Part shown: one piece after another, positions 14,637 to 28,754 of the stretch
Layout: every line of letters begins with the position of its first letter
Position numbering within the stretch: position 1 is the stretch's first letter
Assembly: GCA_964016885.1 (NCBI GenBank)
Contig: OZ024745.1
Span: 14,198,001-14,262,000, forward strand
Origin: Eledone cirrhosa
Taxonomy: Eukaryota
Direction: 5' to 3'
Length of the DNA: 64,000 nucleotides
Translations under genes and position numbers: made by a program
The notes under the pieces: model-generated
Databases searched by the model: none
Told to the model about the DNA's origin: nothing
What the model saw: the letters and a program-made list of their open reading frames with translations, nothing else

Positions 14637-15664
14637 TTTCAATATTTGTTTCAGCTCTCTGAATTCAAACGACTTTAACTTAGTCTTTCATCTTTTCAAG
14701 GTCGATAAACTACCAGTCAAGTACTGGTACCATTTCTCTCTCTCTCTCTCGCGAAATTAACACGCAATGGCTGAGCATTCCACAGATACGTTCACCTTTA
14801 ACGTAATTCTCAGGGAGATTCAGCGTTCCACAGTATGAAACAAAGCCGGTCCTTTGAATTACAGGTTCTGTCTATTTGATAGGTTCAATTTCCGTCTGTT
14901 CAATTTCACTCACATCACTTAGGTCTACTCGTGTTTATGGTAAAACATAAACAACACATGGAGATCGAACTCACGGCGTTATGATTGCGACGTGAACTTC
15001 TTATCTATTCGGCCATGTTGCGTCCGCTTTTTTTTGTGGGAGTTACAAAATTAAAGTTTTGAAGATTCCGCATACGTTTGGAGACTATCGGCGATGCCAA
15101 TGAAAAAAATAAAATAAAAGTAAAAATATCTCCACAATCTTGTTTTTTTTTTTTATCCATTTTGAGATATTGTATCCTGTTATATTTAAGAAAAAGATAG
15201 AAATAAAAACTGAAAAAGAAAGCAAAAAAGAAAAAAAGTACGTTTAAGAGTGTTTTGAGGAAAATTATAAAAAACTGTAATAATATTTTTGGTGAGTTTG
15301 CCAAGATTTTGATTTTAAGGAGAACTTATTTGTTGTATTCTATATATATTTCTCGTGTAATTTTTCTCTGATTTGGAAAACTTGAAAATATTTTCGAAAA
15401 TTTTCGAAAAAAATACGAAAACTAGAGTTTAGATATTTTTTCATGTTTGTTTCAATGAATGTAACTATAATTGGTACAACGTAGTTGGTCTAACACATAC
15501 ACACATATACATATATACACACACACACAAAAACACATATATATGTATGTATACATACATTCATACCTATAGACATACATATATATATATACATACATAC
15601 ATAAATAAATACAGACATACATATATATATATATACATAAATACAGACATACATATATATATAT

Positions 15665-15746
<82 letters not shown>

Positions 15747-15879
15747 TAGAATAACATTAAGAAAAATGCTGTGATTACATAAAGCGTTTATTCGTTATAA
15801 TTATTTCTATGGTGACCCTTATGCAATCCAAGATGCAGTAGTTGCATTTTTTGCTGGTATTGGAGCGATTTCCTCAGAT

Positions 15880-16240
15880 GCATATGCATTTATATGATAT
15901 GCTGCAGGCAAAAACATCTTCTTGCCCGGCAAGATATGCCTGGGATACGGTAGGTGCAACTTTTGCTGGTTTCTACAAATACAGTTGGCGATTACTACAA
16001 AGGTAAACAGTTTGAAAAGCAGAGATACCAGTAGTCAGATGCACGATAAGCTTAAAGCTATGTAAATATAAGTGTGGGGTGAGCGGTCAGTAATATTTTG
16101 TGAGGAGTATTTTAAAATTAATTCGGCTGTTGATGATAGGAATAGTTCCTGGTTAATAAAAGATAATCGGAGATTATTAGAGTCTTAGGTCTACGTAATA
16201 CACAGCTTAGTAAAGGTTGTCTTAAATATAATCAACTTCA
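15880..16240 (-). pseudogene. Possible highly decayed PLE ORF remnant (RT-endonuclease linker)
   Basis: Minus strand gives LRRPKTL and, allowing one frameshift, CRARRCFAC (C-x4-C-x2-C), resembling the Cys-rich linker of Neptune-type PLEs. Weak. Confidence 0.25.
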
Positions 16241-17930
16241 ACAACAGGATGGAAAATATGTTTGATAACAAAGAGCTACAAATCTTTGACAAATGTTTAA
16301 GGTCTATTGTTCTTGAGAATTATGTAATCCGGCAAAACGGATAATCCAGCATCGGTCTGGAAACAAGAGTGCCAGAAAATTGGTGTATGTACTCGGTTTT
16401 ATTCTACATTAAAACAATGGTGATAATGGTTGGTCTTAACGCCCTATTGGGTTGTAGGGATACCACAGGAAAATACTATAAGTTATACACTCACTCAATG
16501 CTAAATCATTGAGGGCGGGGGATTGAGCTAAAATACTACAAGTTAATACAACCGTCGTTTACTTTATAGCCATGTCGCCATTTGTGTGAAACATACCGTC
16601 TTATTAATTTACTTACATCGGAGGTATATAGATTGGGACGCTTTGGTCTGAAATACACCAGTACTGGTTACAGGATTTCAACAGTCCACTCTTTAGTCGG
16701 TTACAGAATTCGAACAGACGACACTTTATCTAATCTTCTAGAAACAGATAAACTAGAAACTCGATCATAATATAGAAGACACAGTATTTTAGTGAGTAGG
16801 GTTGGTGTTGACTCTACTTCTGTATATTACAGGGGTTTATTATATCAATATATGTGGAATGAATGGTAAATTCGACCACATAGTAATTTGAACCCACACT
16901 GTGGCGACTTAAACTGCTTTATTAAGAGATTGTGCCTCGGTCTTCTCTATCACCTTAAGTTGAACTTAACACAGAAATATATTTATATTATTTACAGAAT
17001 CTCCACCAATTTCTTACAGAATTCACCTTCATCTACGTTTTGCTTTTACCATTCAATTTTTCTTTTCTACAAACATAAATGGAATTTTAGTGAAATATCC
17101 TATAATGCGGTTGCTATTATAAAAAAGCACTATTAGGGAAGATGAAGCAGAGACCATCATACATCTTAGGTGAGAATCTATTTTAATAACTGTTATGTGA
17201 AATAGAATGTTTTATCAAACTACCTCCATTCAGTCATAGTATCCACGTAATTACATTGCAAAATATAAGCATACCAAAATCAAAGTAATATTAGTCTTAG
17301 ATAACTTCACTCAGTGTTACCATACCAACAAAGTAATGTTAATAGTCGTTGGAACTACTAATAGATCGATAGTAAAGAATACGATTTTTAGCTTTATAGT
17401 TTGAATATATCTGGTGTGTTTATAAGGAACTCCGCTTATTGTATCCTAGCAGCAGATTGCTGAGGCTTATGAAAGGATGAAATTAAGGCGAAAATAAAAA
17501 GTAATATTAGGGAGGAAATAAAAAACTATATATGTGAAGGGTGAAAGAAAGAAAGCAAGAGAAAGAGTGAGATAGATAGACAGACAGATAGACAGACAGA
17601 CAGCCAAATAGACAGACAGACAAACAGACATACAGACAGACAGACAGACAGACAGATAGATAGATAGAGAGAGATTTTATATGGAATTAAAGTTTTTTAT
17701 AGTAGCACAATGTTGATGGTGTGTGGTATTGACGATGGCTAAAATCTATAGATCTATCCTATAGAATCAAATACCAACACTGCCAACCCATCAGTAATTT
17801 ATTAATAGTTATATTATTATAGAAGAGAGCCTATAATAATATAACAGACCGGGCTGTAAAAAAAAAAAAATAAAGAATAACAAAATCAGAAACAGGAAAA
17901 AACTCGTTATCCCCTTCAGATGAAGGTAAG

Positions 17931-18007
<77 letters not shown>

Positions 18008-18179
18008 CACACACACACACACACATTCACACACACACACTCTCTCTCTCTCACACGCACACACACATATATATATATATGAAATTTGAAAATATAACCG
18101 CCACGGTGCAGATAACTATAATAAACGGTGGATAATAACTATAGATAAAAGTTGAATAAATAGTTTTAATGATGAGTGT

Positions 18180-18367
18180 TTCGGTTGTTGGAACAACAGA
18201 ACAGCCTATTGAGATTTCCACAGACACGTGTACCCTTGATGTAGTTCTCAGGGAGATTCAGCATGACACTGGCGGGGACAAGGTCTTTAAATTGCAGTTG
18301 AAACCCTTATTTGTCTTGTTCAGGGACATTATGGTCGCGAGTGGAACACCCTAACCACTAAGCCAGT
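18180..18367 (-). mobile_element. tRNA-derived SINE, family B, degenerate
   Basis: Shares CCACAGACACGTGTACCCTT..GTAGTTCTCAGGGAGATTCAGC and CCCTAACCACTAAGCC with the copies at 36803 and 37060. Confidence 0.7.
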
Positions 18368-18406
18368 CTCATAATCTCGCTCTCTCTCTCCCTATATATA
18401 TATATA

Positions 18407-18622
18407 ACGAAGGAGTTGTGGTAAGGAACCAGATGGACCATAACGCACCATAGTACTCAATATTTAGGGTAGTAGAGTGGGTAATAGGAAAATGACAGTG
18501 ACCCCTTGAAAAGGACCCCTTGAAAAGTTCGGCTATTTATTTACCACGCTAAAAATTCTGATTTAGTCCCAAAATAGCCGTCGAAACGGCTTGAGCTCTG
18601 CCGTCGGGGTCATACATTTTCC
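18407..18622 (+). mobile_element. Short HHR-bearing element between (TA)n tracts (PLE pseudo-LTR or retrozyme-like), with an inverted left arm
   Basis: 18407-18490 aligns closely with 61988-62070; TA runs flank both sides; contains the HHR at 18514-18611. Confidence 0.7.
18514..18611 (+). ncRNA. Type I hammerhead ribozyme motif with U3-A8 core
   Basis: Stem I GACCCC/GGGGTC; core TTGAAAA; G10.1-C11.1; stem II CGGCTATTT/AAATAGCCG; GAAA; stem III ACGGC/GCCGT; GTC cleavage triplet (C17 = 18605). Confidence 0.8.
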
Positions 18623-18740
18623 TATATATATTCTGTTTTATTTTAGCTTTCATAAATATAAACCAGAAATATTGCTGATGAAGATTTTTATAGAGATGTT
18701 GGTGACGCACATGTGTAACTGCATGGATAGATAGGTGCAT

Positions 18741-19381
<641 letters not shown>

Positions 19382-19548
19382 ACATACATGCACACACACA
19401 CACATATATATATATTTTTTTAAAGCGATCGACTTTCGTCAAATCGGGCCGAGGAAACAATGTTTCCGGTGGTCTTTCCAGTTGCTAGTACTATCTATCG
19501 GTAGCAACTCCACGTAGAAGGAGCAACGTGCCTTCACTACACACACAC

Positions 19549-19602
<54 letters not shown>

Positions 19603-19753
19603 GAAGTTATAGTTCACTTGAAGCATTGTGTAATGAGGTATAAACGTTTGAATTTGTAAAGCCAAAACAATGCAGGTATGGAGATAGAATAAAAATGCAA
19701 ATTGAAAAGATATTGTTGACAATTAGTCTTTTACCTTAAATTTATTTAAATGT

Positions 19754-19788
19754 CCTTAATTTTCGAGATAATATCTCTTCTTCGGAGG
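19754..19788 (-). ncRNA. Degenerate minimal hammerhead motif
   Basis: Minus strand reads CCT CCGAAGA A GAGAT att ATCTC GAAA ATTA AGG, then AATAAA, with (TA)n about 150 nt downstream; U4 is changed to C. Confidence 0.6.
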
Positions 19789-19848
19789 GGAGTAAAGCGG
19801 TTAAACCAGTGTTCTAAATAGCTTGCCAAGTCATGCTGACATTTCCTG

Positions 19849-19903
<55 letters not shown>

Positions 19904-20364
19904 AACAATGCACCTATCTATCCATGCAGTTACACATGTGCGTCACCAACATCTCTATAAAAATCTTCATCAGCAATATTTCTGGTTTATATTTATGAAA
20001 GCTAAAATAAAACAGAATAATGTTGGAGTATTATTGTTTATTGTTTATTGGTGTAGTTTATGGAGAGAAGATGACAATAAAGAATGCATAATCATTCATT
20101 ATCACATAAAAGGAACAGTTTTATTTGTGCTGAGCAATTCTTGATTCACTCTATTTAAGAGTTCATGTGTTTTTGTTGTAAATATTTTAGCTTTTACTGA
20201 CGAGTAGAAGGAATGTTGACCAAATGGAGGAGCATGTTATAAACATGTCTATTATCTCCATTTTGAAGCTTAAGCTATTGATCAAATATTTGGCAGAAAA
20301 CAGCTTGTTTCTAATGTAATCATGTTTGATTTTACTTCTTCGAGGGAAATATTTGCAAATAAAT

Positions 20365-20418
<54 letters not shown>

Positions 20419-21724
20419 GAAAAGATAATTATGGTTTTATAACAATACTGAAAGATTGTTTTCCTTCTAGAAATACACAATTGAAAAACAATGTGAAACT
20501 CTTTTATGGAGGGAATTAAGAATTCTAAAGAAATGTTTTGTGTAAAATAATAAGAAATGAAATAAAGTAAAATATAAATAAATATGAAAAAGAAATTGAT
20601 AAAAATAAACAACACACGTATTCATTGAATGTTTATAGAAGTTCTGTATTATGAGAAGTAAATTTTATCATCATTTGTGGAAATATTTATGATAATGTTT
20701 AGTTCCAAAATTTGCTTTTGTCAGATCACGTAGCTATTGATTCAAATATTGATATTGGTGTGTATCAATCATTCTTTTCAGTTGTAAAAATATTCAGGCT
20801 GAATGATTTTTCCAGTAGTTTTAGTTTAAATATATAGTATTGAATGTTTATAGATTAGTAAGAGGCTGTAAATACATAACTCTAGATAAACTTAAACACG
20901 ATTAATTTGAATTGTAGACCTAATCTGTCGCTCAGTGGAACACAACGACCGCGTTCTTGCCTACTGTTCGTGGCGTTCACTCTATTCGGTTTGAAAATCA
21001 TTCTTTCCAGTCTATCAGTCCTGGGGTTTCTAGAAAGGACCATGGTCACTACTCTCTCTCTATTGCATGAATTCGAGCCAAGTTTCCGATTTATAAAAAT
21101 CTTCTTTCTTTCACTAATCTGGGAGCCCATGAAAAGGTTCCTGGTTCAGTAACCAGGAACCTTGAAGCGTAGTTCACTCTGTTGAAAGCATTCATAGCAA
21201 ATCTCCGGCTTATGAATATCTTCCCCTCTTCCACCACACTCAGACGCTTTGAAGAGAGTCGTGGCTTCTACTTTTACCCCACCCTCGACTAAACAGTAAA
21301 AACAGTGAGACAACATTTATGAGACATTTATAAGACAACATTTATGCAATCATTTTCTCAGAATTACTGTAATAAAAACCTATATTTTAAGATTTAAATA
21401 TTAAATTTTTAGTTACAAATTTCTGCAAGTATTGAGAAAGATTATCAAAAGTCACCCTCTGAAACGGGGGAGAAAAAACAGAGAAAATGAAAAAAACAAT
21501 AGTATTATAATTCTGTAGATTTTATCGCTTTTTAATTGACCAATTAGAGAATCTCAATTGCTTTCGTTGTTGTTTGGCTGCTATAAATATAGAGAATAGG
21601 AAAGAAATTAAAAAACTCTAAAGTGAAAATAAAAAAAAACGAGGAAATACAACTATAATGAAAAAAGAACTAGTTATCGTTTGCGTAGGCGAAAAAAGAA
21701 TAAAATAATTCCTAAAATAAGATG

Positions 21725-22464
21725 AATATGTGTACTGTGTACATGTGAGGCATGATGGTGTTGTGAAATGTATGTACTGTGGGATGTGAGGTATGATGGT
21801 GTCGTTTGAGAGAGTCGTGAAATGTGTGTACTGTGTAGAGATGTGAGTTATGATGGTGTCGTTTGAGAGAGCTATGAAATGTGTGTAAAGATGTGAGGTA
21901 TGATGGTATCGTTTGACAGAGTCGTGAAATGTGTGTACTGTGAGATGTGAGTTATGATGGTGTCGTTTTAGAGAGCTATGAAATGTGTGTAAAGATGTGA
22001 GGTATGATGGTATCGTTTGACAGAGTCGTGAAATGTGTGTACTGTGAGATGTGAGTTATGATGGTGTCGTTTGAGAGAGCTATGAAATGTGTGTACTGTG
22101 AGATGTGAGGTATGATGGTATCGTTTGAGAGAGCTATGAAATGTGTGTACTGTGAGATGTGAGTTATGATGGTGTCGTTTGAGAGAGCTATGAAATGTGT
22201 GTACTGTGAGATGTGAGTTATGATGGTGTCGTTTGAGAGAGCTATGAAATGTGTGTACTGCGAGATGTGAGGTATGATGGTGTCGTTTGACAGAGTCGTG
22301 AAATGTGTGTACTGTGAGATGTGAGGTATGATGGTGTCGTTTGACAGTCATGAAATATGTGTACTGCGAGATGTGAGGTATGATGGTGTCGTTTGAGAGA
22401 GCTATGAAATGTGTGTAGTGTGAGATATGAGTTATGATGGTATCGTTTGAGAGAGCTATGAAAT
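21725..22464. repeat. 54-bp minisatellite, about 13 copies
   Basis: Unit GTGTACTGTGAGATGTGAGTTATGATGGTGTCGTTTGAGAGAGCTATGAAATGT. Confidence 0.95.
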
Positions 22465-22658
22465 TTTAGTATTTCGATTAGTTCGTTCGTTTTATATTTT
22501 TGTGACGGGGAGGAGAGTCTATTTCATATTTAATTACTTCAGCAGAAGCAGTAGTAGAATCAGCAATAGTAGTAGTACTAGTAGTAGTAGCAGCAACAAG
22601 AACAGCAGCAGCAGTAGTACTAGTAGCATTAGTATTAGATTAGTAGTAACAGCAACAG

Positions 22659-22720
<62 letters not shown>

Positions 22721-24451
22721 TTCAATTCAATTCAATATATTTGGCAGAAAATAAAACATAGATGCTTCAGATGCCATACAAGGAGAGGAGAGGGGCAAAA
22801 TTTACACAGTCGGAAACACAGTGGTCCAACACCGGTCCAATTTCGCCTTGAATTGTTGCGTGGTTGGCGCGTTGACTACTTCTTCTGGAAGCCGATTCCA
22901 GGGTCCAGAGATGCGGATCAAGAAAGCAGCTTTCCGTTTATTTAGGCGAAAGCGGCGGTGAAACAGCTTTTTGTCATGTCCACGTAGACCCCTTTCAAGT
23001 ACCGGAGTGAATAGGAGATCTTGAGGGATCGTAATGGCCATTGAAGAGATTGCAAGCCAAAATGAGATCGCCTCTTAGCCGTCGACGCTCCAAGGAGAAG
23101 AGGTTCAGCTTCTGCAGCCGGCTTTCATAGGGCAGCTCATGAAGACCCTGTACCATTCGAGTCGCTAGTCGTTGAACTCTCTCCAAGTGATGGATATCCC
23201 GGATGAAATATGGGTTTGATGCTTGGATGCCATATTCTAGATGCGGTCTCACGAGGGCGACATAGAGAGGCATGAACATTTTTGGAGTGAGTTTAGCAAA
23301 GGAGCGTCGAATAAGAAAAAAGAGAGCTCCTTGCCTTGTTTGCGGCTTGAATGCAATGTTTTGATGGTTTGAAGGACGAGTCGACCAGCATTCCAAGATC
23401 TTTAGTCTTCTCAACCTCCTTCAAAGGAGCAGTGCCACCGTTGAAGGTAAGAGCTGAGTTATAAGGTGTACCCACTGCCATATGGCAACACTTACCGACA
23501 TTGAGGTATAAATCCCAGTCAATGGACCAACTCCAGGCGCGCTGGAGTCTGGACTTGAGATTGTCGATCTCGCTCCTACGGGCTACCATTTTCACATCAT
23601 CTGCAAATAGAGCACGTTTTCCCCCAATCACATCCGGCATGTCGTTGATGTATAGAAGGAAGAGAATTGGGCCCAGCACAGAGCCCTGGGGAACGCCACT
23701 GCCTACACCCACCCCTGATGACAGGCTGCCATTGATCCGAACTCTGCAAGTACGACCATCCAGGAATGATCCAATCCACTTTATAATCGAGTGATGGAGA
23801 CCATAGTTGCTGAGCTTATACAGGAGCAGGCGGTGGTTGACAGAGTCAAAGGCTTTGGCGAAGTCGAGAAAGATAATATCGGCCGCATTTCCATCGTCCA
23901 TTATCCTCGGCACCCATTCCTCCATCACGAGTAGGTTTGTGAGACAGGAACGTTTCGGATGAAACCATGTTGAGATGGAGAGATGGCAATGAAAGACGCA
24001 AGATGAGCCATAATTTCCCGCTTGATTAGAGATTCCAAGGCCTTACAGACAATTGAGGTGAGGCTCATGGGTCTGTAGTTCCCCGGGTCTTCTTTGTCGC
24101 CTTTTTTAAAGATAGGGCAAATTGTAGCTACTTTCCAGTCGGCAGGAACAACTCCGGTAGCCAATGATAGGTTGAATAGTGTGCTAGAGGTTTAGCAAGG
24201 TTGGGTGCAACTGCACCCTAAATCACTGGATGTAGACCGTCTGGACCATGCCCCTTATTCACATTTAAGGACAAAAGCAACTTTTCCACCTCTGACGGTG
24301 GTTGGCTGCATTGGTGGGGCGAGCATGTTTAGATTTGGAGGTTCTCTGCCATCGTCCTCTTTGAAGATATTTGCGAAAACAGCGGCAAAAAGAGAAGCTT
24401 GTTGGTCAGCGTGTTCAATAACTGCACCTTCGGGGTTTCGGAGAGTGACAA
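22721..24451 (-). mobile_element. 5'-truncated, frameshifted CR1-type LINE (RT and C-terminus)
   Basis: WKVATICPIFKKG, NYRPMSLTS, FLDFAKAFDSV, GVPQGSVLGP, FADD, LVRPHLEY, LERRRLRGDLI and LRGHDKKL across 4-5 frames; (ATTGA)n 3' tail; (TAG)n on both sides. Confidence 0.93.
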
Positions 24452-24924
24452 TTAGTAGTAGTAGTAGTAGTAGTAATAGTAGTAATCCTCTATAGAAAGC
24501 TAACCGACCGCATTGCCCAATTGGTAGATGGCTGTGAGCTCCTGACAACATTCTAAACACTAGGCTTCAAGTCTTGATCTTCACTTGACCAAAGACTGCA
24601 GCTCAGTTAAAGAGATGAGCTGCGGAAAGATACGTCTGACAAACGGCGACCATTGTTCACATGATTGAAAGCTGCAGCTTCTAGTTTGTTTCAAAATATA
24701 TTGTCACCTATTTACCGTCCAATCTTTATTTCCTCAATAAACCTTAACTTATACATTCGCAAATCGTTAATTTTCGCAGGTGTCAAAGTTAATAAATCGT
24801 CAAAATAAAACTTGCAAATTTACTAACAGATAATATTCTAATCATTGAATTCTTATAGCTGCCGCTTTTCAGCGACATGAATATTTAGGTAAAATTAGTG
24901 AAGATAACATTTTCTCTACAAAGA

Positions 24925-25125
24925 GCGGTGAAAACATGTTTTGCGGCTTATGTCCCTTTACATTTTCAGTTCAAATCCCGCAGAGGATAGCTTTGCATTT
25001 CATCCTTACAGGGTTGATAAAATAAAGTACCAGCAACGCATCGGGTTCGATTTAATCGGCTTTCTACCCCCCCCCCCCCCCCTCCACAAATATTTGGTCT
25101 TGTGCCGAAATCAGAAACCATTATT
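24925..25125 (+). mobile_element. tRNA-derived SINE, family A, degenerate
   Basis: AGTTCAAATCCCGC..CTTTGCATTTCATCC..GATAAAATAAAGTACCAG core. Confidence 0.7.
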
Positions 25126-26695
25126 AGATATCACAGCTAAACAGAATGGATTTAGAAAGACTAATTTAAACTGAGAGAAGAAACCATATTACTGTTGGAA
25201 CAGTTGTAGATGGAACTATATAAAGTTGTATTGATGTGAAATGATTAAAAGTGAAACTTCGAACGTATTTATATGAATTTGTATGAAGAATTAAAAGTGA
25301 AGGTGTATAAGAATGCAAGTTGAGAAGTATTCGGTAAATACACTTGAAAGTTCGTGAAATGAGCAGTGTTCATCGATATATAAGCATATGGTTGATATCG
25401 CGCCCAGAGGAGCACTTTCAGGCAATTTGATTGGACAATAACCGAATACTTTTAACAATACGACCTGCTGATCAACTTGTAAAATGATGAATACTCGTGT
25501 GAACTGCCTTTATTGGATTTAAAAGGGATTTATCGTTTTCTGCCTATAGGAATATAGTACTTTATATGCACCATGCCACTGCAAACAAAATTAGATATAA
25601 ATGCAAACACTAAGTGTTTCTCCAATAACCTTTTGTATCGGATTCCTATCCTATCAAACCGTTAGTCTAAAACATCTCATTTTCTTCCCCTGTGGTAGTA
25701 TGAACTAGATTACGAGAGAATAGTAATTTTCCAAGCATAGTGAATGAAATAGCAATACTTCGAAAACCAAGATGAAATAAAAAGCTGATAGATCACCCGA
25801 AAGCAAGGCGTAGAGAATATTTGATTAGTAATATGAATGTGCATGCTTATTGTTAATAAAATGCAAATATTACGAGAAGTCCGTCGGCGCTGTTTTGTTA
25901 AAACTAAAAGCACATTCAATAGGAATGTTAAAACAAAAACGAATCAATGCCTTTACTGATTTTACTGACTATACAGTAATTTTGTCTCTGACAGTATGGT
26001 TAGCAGAAACGTTGCAAAGTTTGAAATTAGTAATATTTTGATTGCAGTTTGGAACTTCTTTATGGTGGGCTATAATTAGCTGATGAACGAACATGTAAGA
26101 AATGTGAATAAAAAAAGAGAAACCAGTCATATTATCAACAATTTCGAAAGTAATGCATAGGCAATTGATGTAAGTTTATGTAGCTACACTGAATGATCAA
26201 AATGTTGCTTGTTTGCAAGCACACCATTAGTATGTTATTTGTAACCAGTAAGTTGATTATGGCTCACCATACACATTTATAATGATCTGGTAAACACCAT
26301 ATATTTGTAATACACTCCAGAAGAGACTTCTTACAGCATATGTTCAATTACTCTTTGAGTAATTGGAGTTTACTTACCACTTCTCATAATATCTGGTCAA
26401 TTCTACCTTGATCTCAGCACTATATAAAAACAAAGTCTCTAGTAATGGACAAACGATACATTTAAGGGATGTATACATGTTTACGCACGTGCACAAGTAT
26501 AGCTCTTTTTACAAAACGTTTTTTTTTTCATTTCAGGTAGACGCGTTCCATCATCCACTTTTCTAAAGAACCAAACGCCAGCACCAACAGTTTTGCAAGA
26601 GATGTCAACATGAATGGACCTGTTATTTTTATCTAAAGACATTTTTTTCAATTCCAACCCGCCCGTCCCCTCAATCTATCTCATTTCTCATTCTT

Positions 26696-26731
26696 TCTTC
26701 TGATGAAGGACTAGCGTCCGAAACGTTAAGA
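26696..26731 (+). ncRNA. Minimal type I hammerhead motif, canonical core
   Basis: TCTT CTGATGA A GGAC tagc GTCC GAAAC GTT AAGA; the element end runs into (AC)n(AT)n at 26817. Confidence 0.75.
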
Positions 26732-26812
26732 CCCTCTTCCTGCTATTTCAAGCGTTAATCTAATATATAGCTTCCATATACTGTACCGATTGTGTTGTTA
26801 TTTCTGTTTACC

Positions 26813-26915
<103 letters not shown>

Positions 26916-27380
26916 ATTTTGATCTGTCAATAATATCTTCTATACATCCGTTACCGGTGTCATGACGAAGTTCCTTCTCCAGCTCACCCTGTCTAAATTT
27001 CCCCTGCACCCAGTCCAGTGTCTTCTTCAGAAACATCTTTTAGCGTCTACATACACGGAGTTTCCAGAAAAGAACTCTGCCAACAAGTTCGTAGTGACGT
27101 TTCAACAAGTTCGTAGTCTCGTCCACCTTAAGATGTCAGAAAGGCGAAGGTGTTAATTGTAGAGCGATTTATTCGCTATGTGTGTTCTGAATGATGTATA
27201 CTAGTTTATATATTCATCTGTCGATATATACGTCGATATATATATGTCGGTATATCACATTTTAATCTGTCAATACTATATACCTGTCTATATATCCCTC
27301 CTTCGCCTATCATTAATATACATCTGTTTAAATATCCCATCTTGATTTGTCAATTATATAAATATATCTGTATATATAAT

Positions 27381-27449
<69 letters not shown>

Positions 27450-27513
27450 ATGAAATCGAAAATGCAACTGGAGTCTTATTTAAAAAAAATATATATATTA
27501 ATTTATTTGGTTC

Positions 27514-27548
27514 CTTTACCGGCTTCGCGTTCTTCTGCTTTTCAAAAG
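27514..27548 (-). ncRNA. Minimal hammerhead motif with U3-A8 core
   Basis: Minus strand reads CTT TTGAAAA GC agaagaac GC GAAG CCGG TA AAG, with palindromic CCGG loop and AATAAA about 7 nt later; A15.1 is changed to G. Confidence 0.6.
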
Positions 27549-28282
27549 TAGAGTTGAGATGGAGGGTCTGTGGTTTTTCTCACATCTGGTTGTTCTTTGA
27601 ATATTACTTGTTTTATATGGAAAAAAGTGGCTCGAAACGCCGGGATTTTAGAGAAGTTGTTTTTTCATATAGGAGTGTTTGAATTTCTTTTTACTTAAAA
27701 AAAGGGGCTCATGAAGGCTTTTTTTAAATAAATGTAATTTGATTGGTTATAAATGAAATTATCGCTGTCACGTGAAATTATCGCTGTCACAACAAGTTGA
27801 TTAAATTTCGCGCCCGTATTTGGGAATTTATTTTGTAACCTTTTAGAGAATTTTATGACAAACAAAAGATAATGGTCAAGAGAAATGGGATGGGGGAATT
27901 GTTCTGGTTCAGTGAATATAGCAGGTTGTTTTTTCATATATGAGTGAAGTTTGGTTGGTTGATGTAGTCACGTGAATAAGTATATCAGCTTTCGCGTAAG
28001 TTTGTTTGAATTTCTTTTTACTTTAAAAATAGTGGCTCACGAAGGCTTTTTTTAAATAAATATAATTTGATTGGTTATAAATGAAATTATGACCAAGTTC
28101 ATTAAATTTCGCGCCCATATTTGGGAATTTATTTTGTAGCCTTTTAGAGAATGTTATGACAAGCAAAAGATAATTGTCAAGAGAAATGGGATGGGAGAAT
28201 TGTTCTGGTTCAGTGGGGTGTCAGAATTCAGATTTTCTATTGAAATAAAGAAAGTAAAGATATGTATGTTTATTTGTGTGCT

Positions 28283-28321
<39 letters not shown>

Positions 28322-28754
28322 GTGTTATGTGTGTGTATGTGTGTGGGAGTATGTTAAGATGGAGAGAATATATATATTTTGTGTGTGTGTATGTGTGTAG
28401 GAAAGTGATTCTATTAGTAGAAATGGGGGAGGGAGTTGTGTGTGTTTGGGTGTGTGTGTGTTATGTGTGTGTATGGGTATTATGTGTGTGTGGGGGAGTA
28501 TGGTTAGCATGTTAAGATGAAGTGAATATATATATTGTGTGTGTGTGTGTAGGAAAATGATTCCGTTAGTAGGAATATTTTTGAATGAACATATTTTCCT
28601 TACTTATTCGTATTTGTTCTGTTGTATTGTCAGCGCAAACGTATGTTAAGGTTTATTTAGTTCGGGTTTTTATTTTCTAAAGTAGGAGGTGTTATGTGTG
28701 TGTGTATGTGTTTGTTTGGATGGTTAGCATGTTATGGTGTTGACATAATGTGTA

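Noticed and set aside
17900-17935. CCTTCAGATGAAGG palindrome beside (TA)n as an HHR remnant
   Set aside because: No GAAA, cleavage triplet or stem I.
26076-26110. CTGATGA...GAAA as a hammerhead
   Set aside because: No convincing stem I or stem II.
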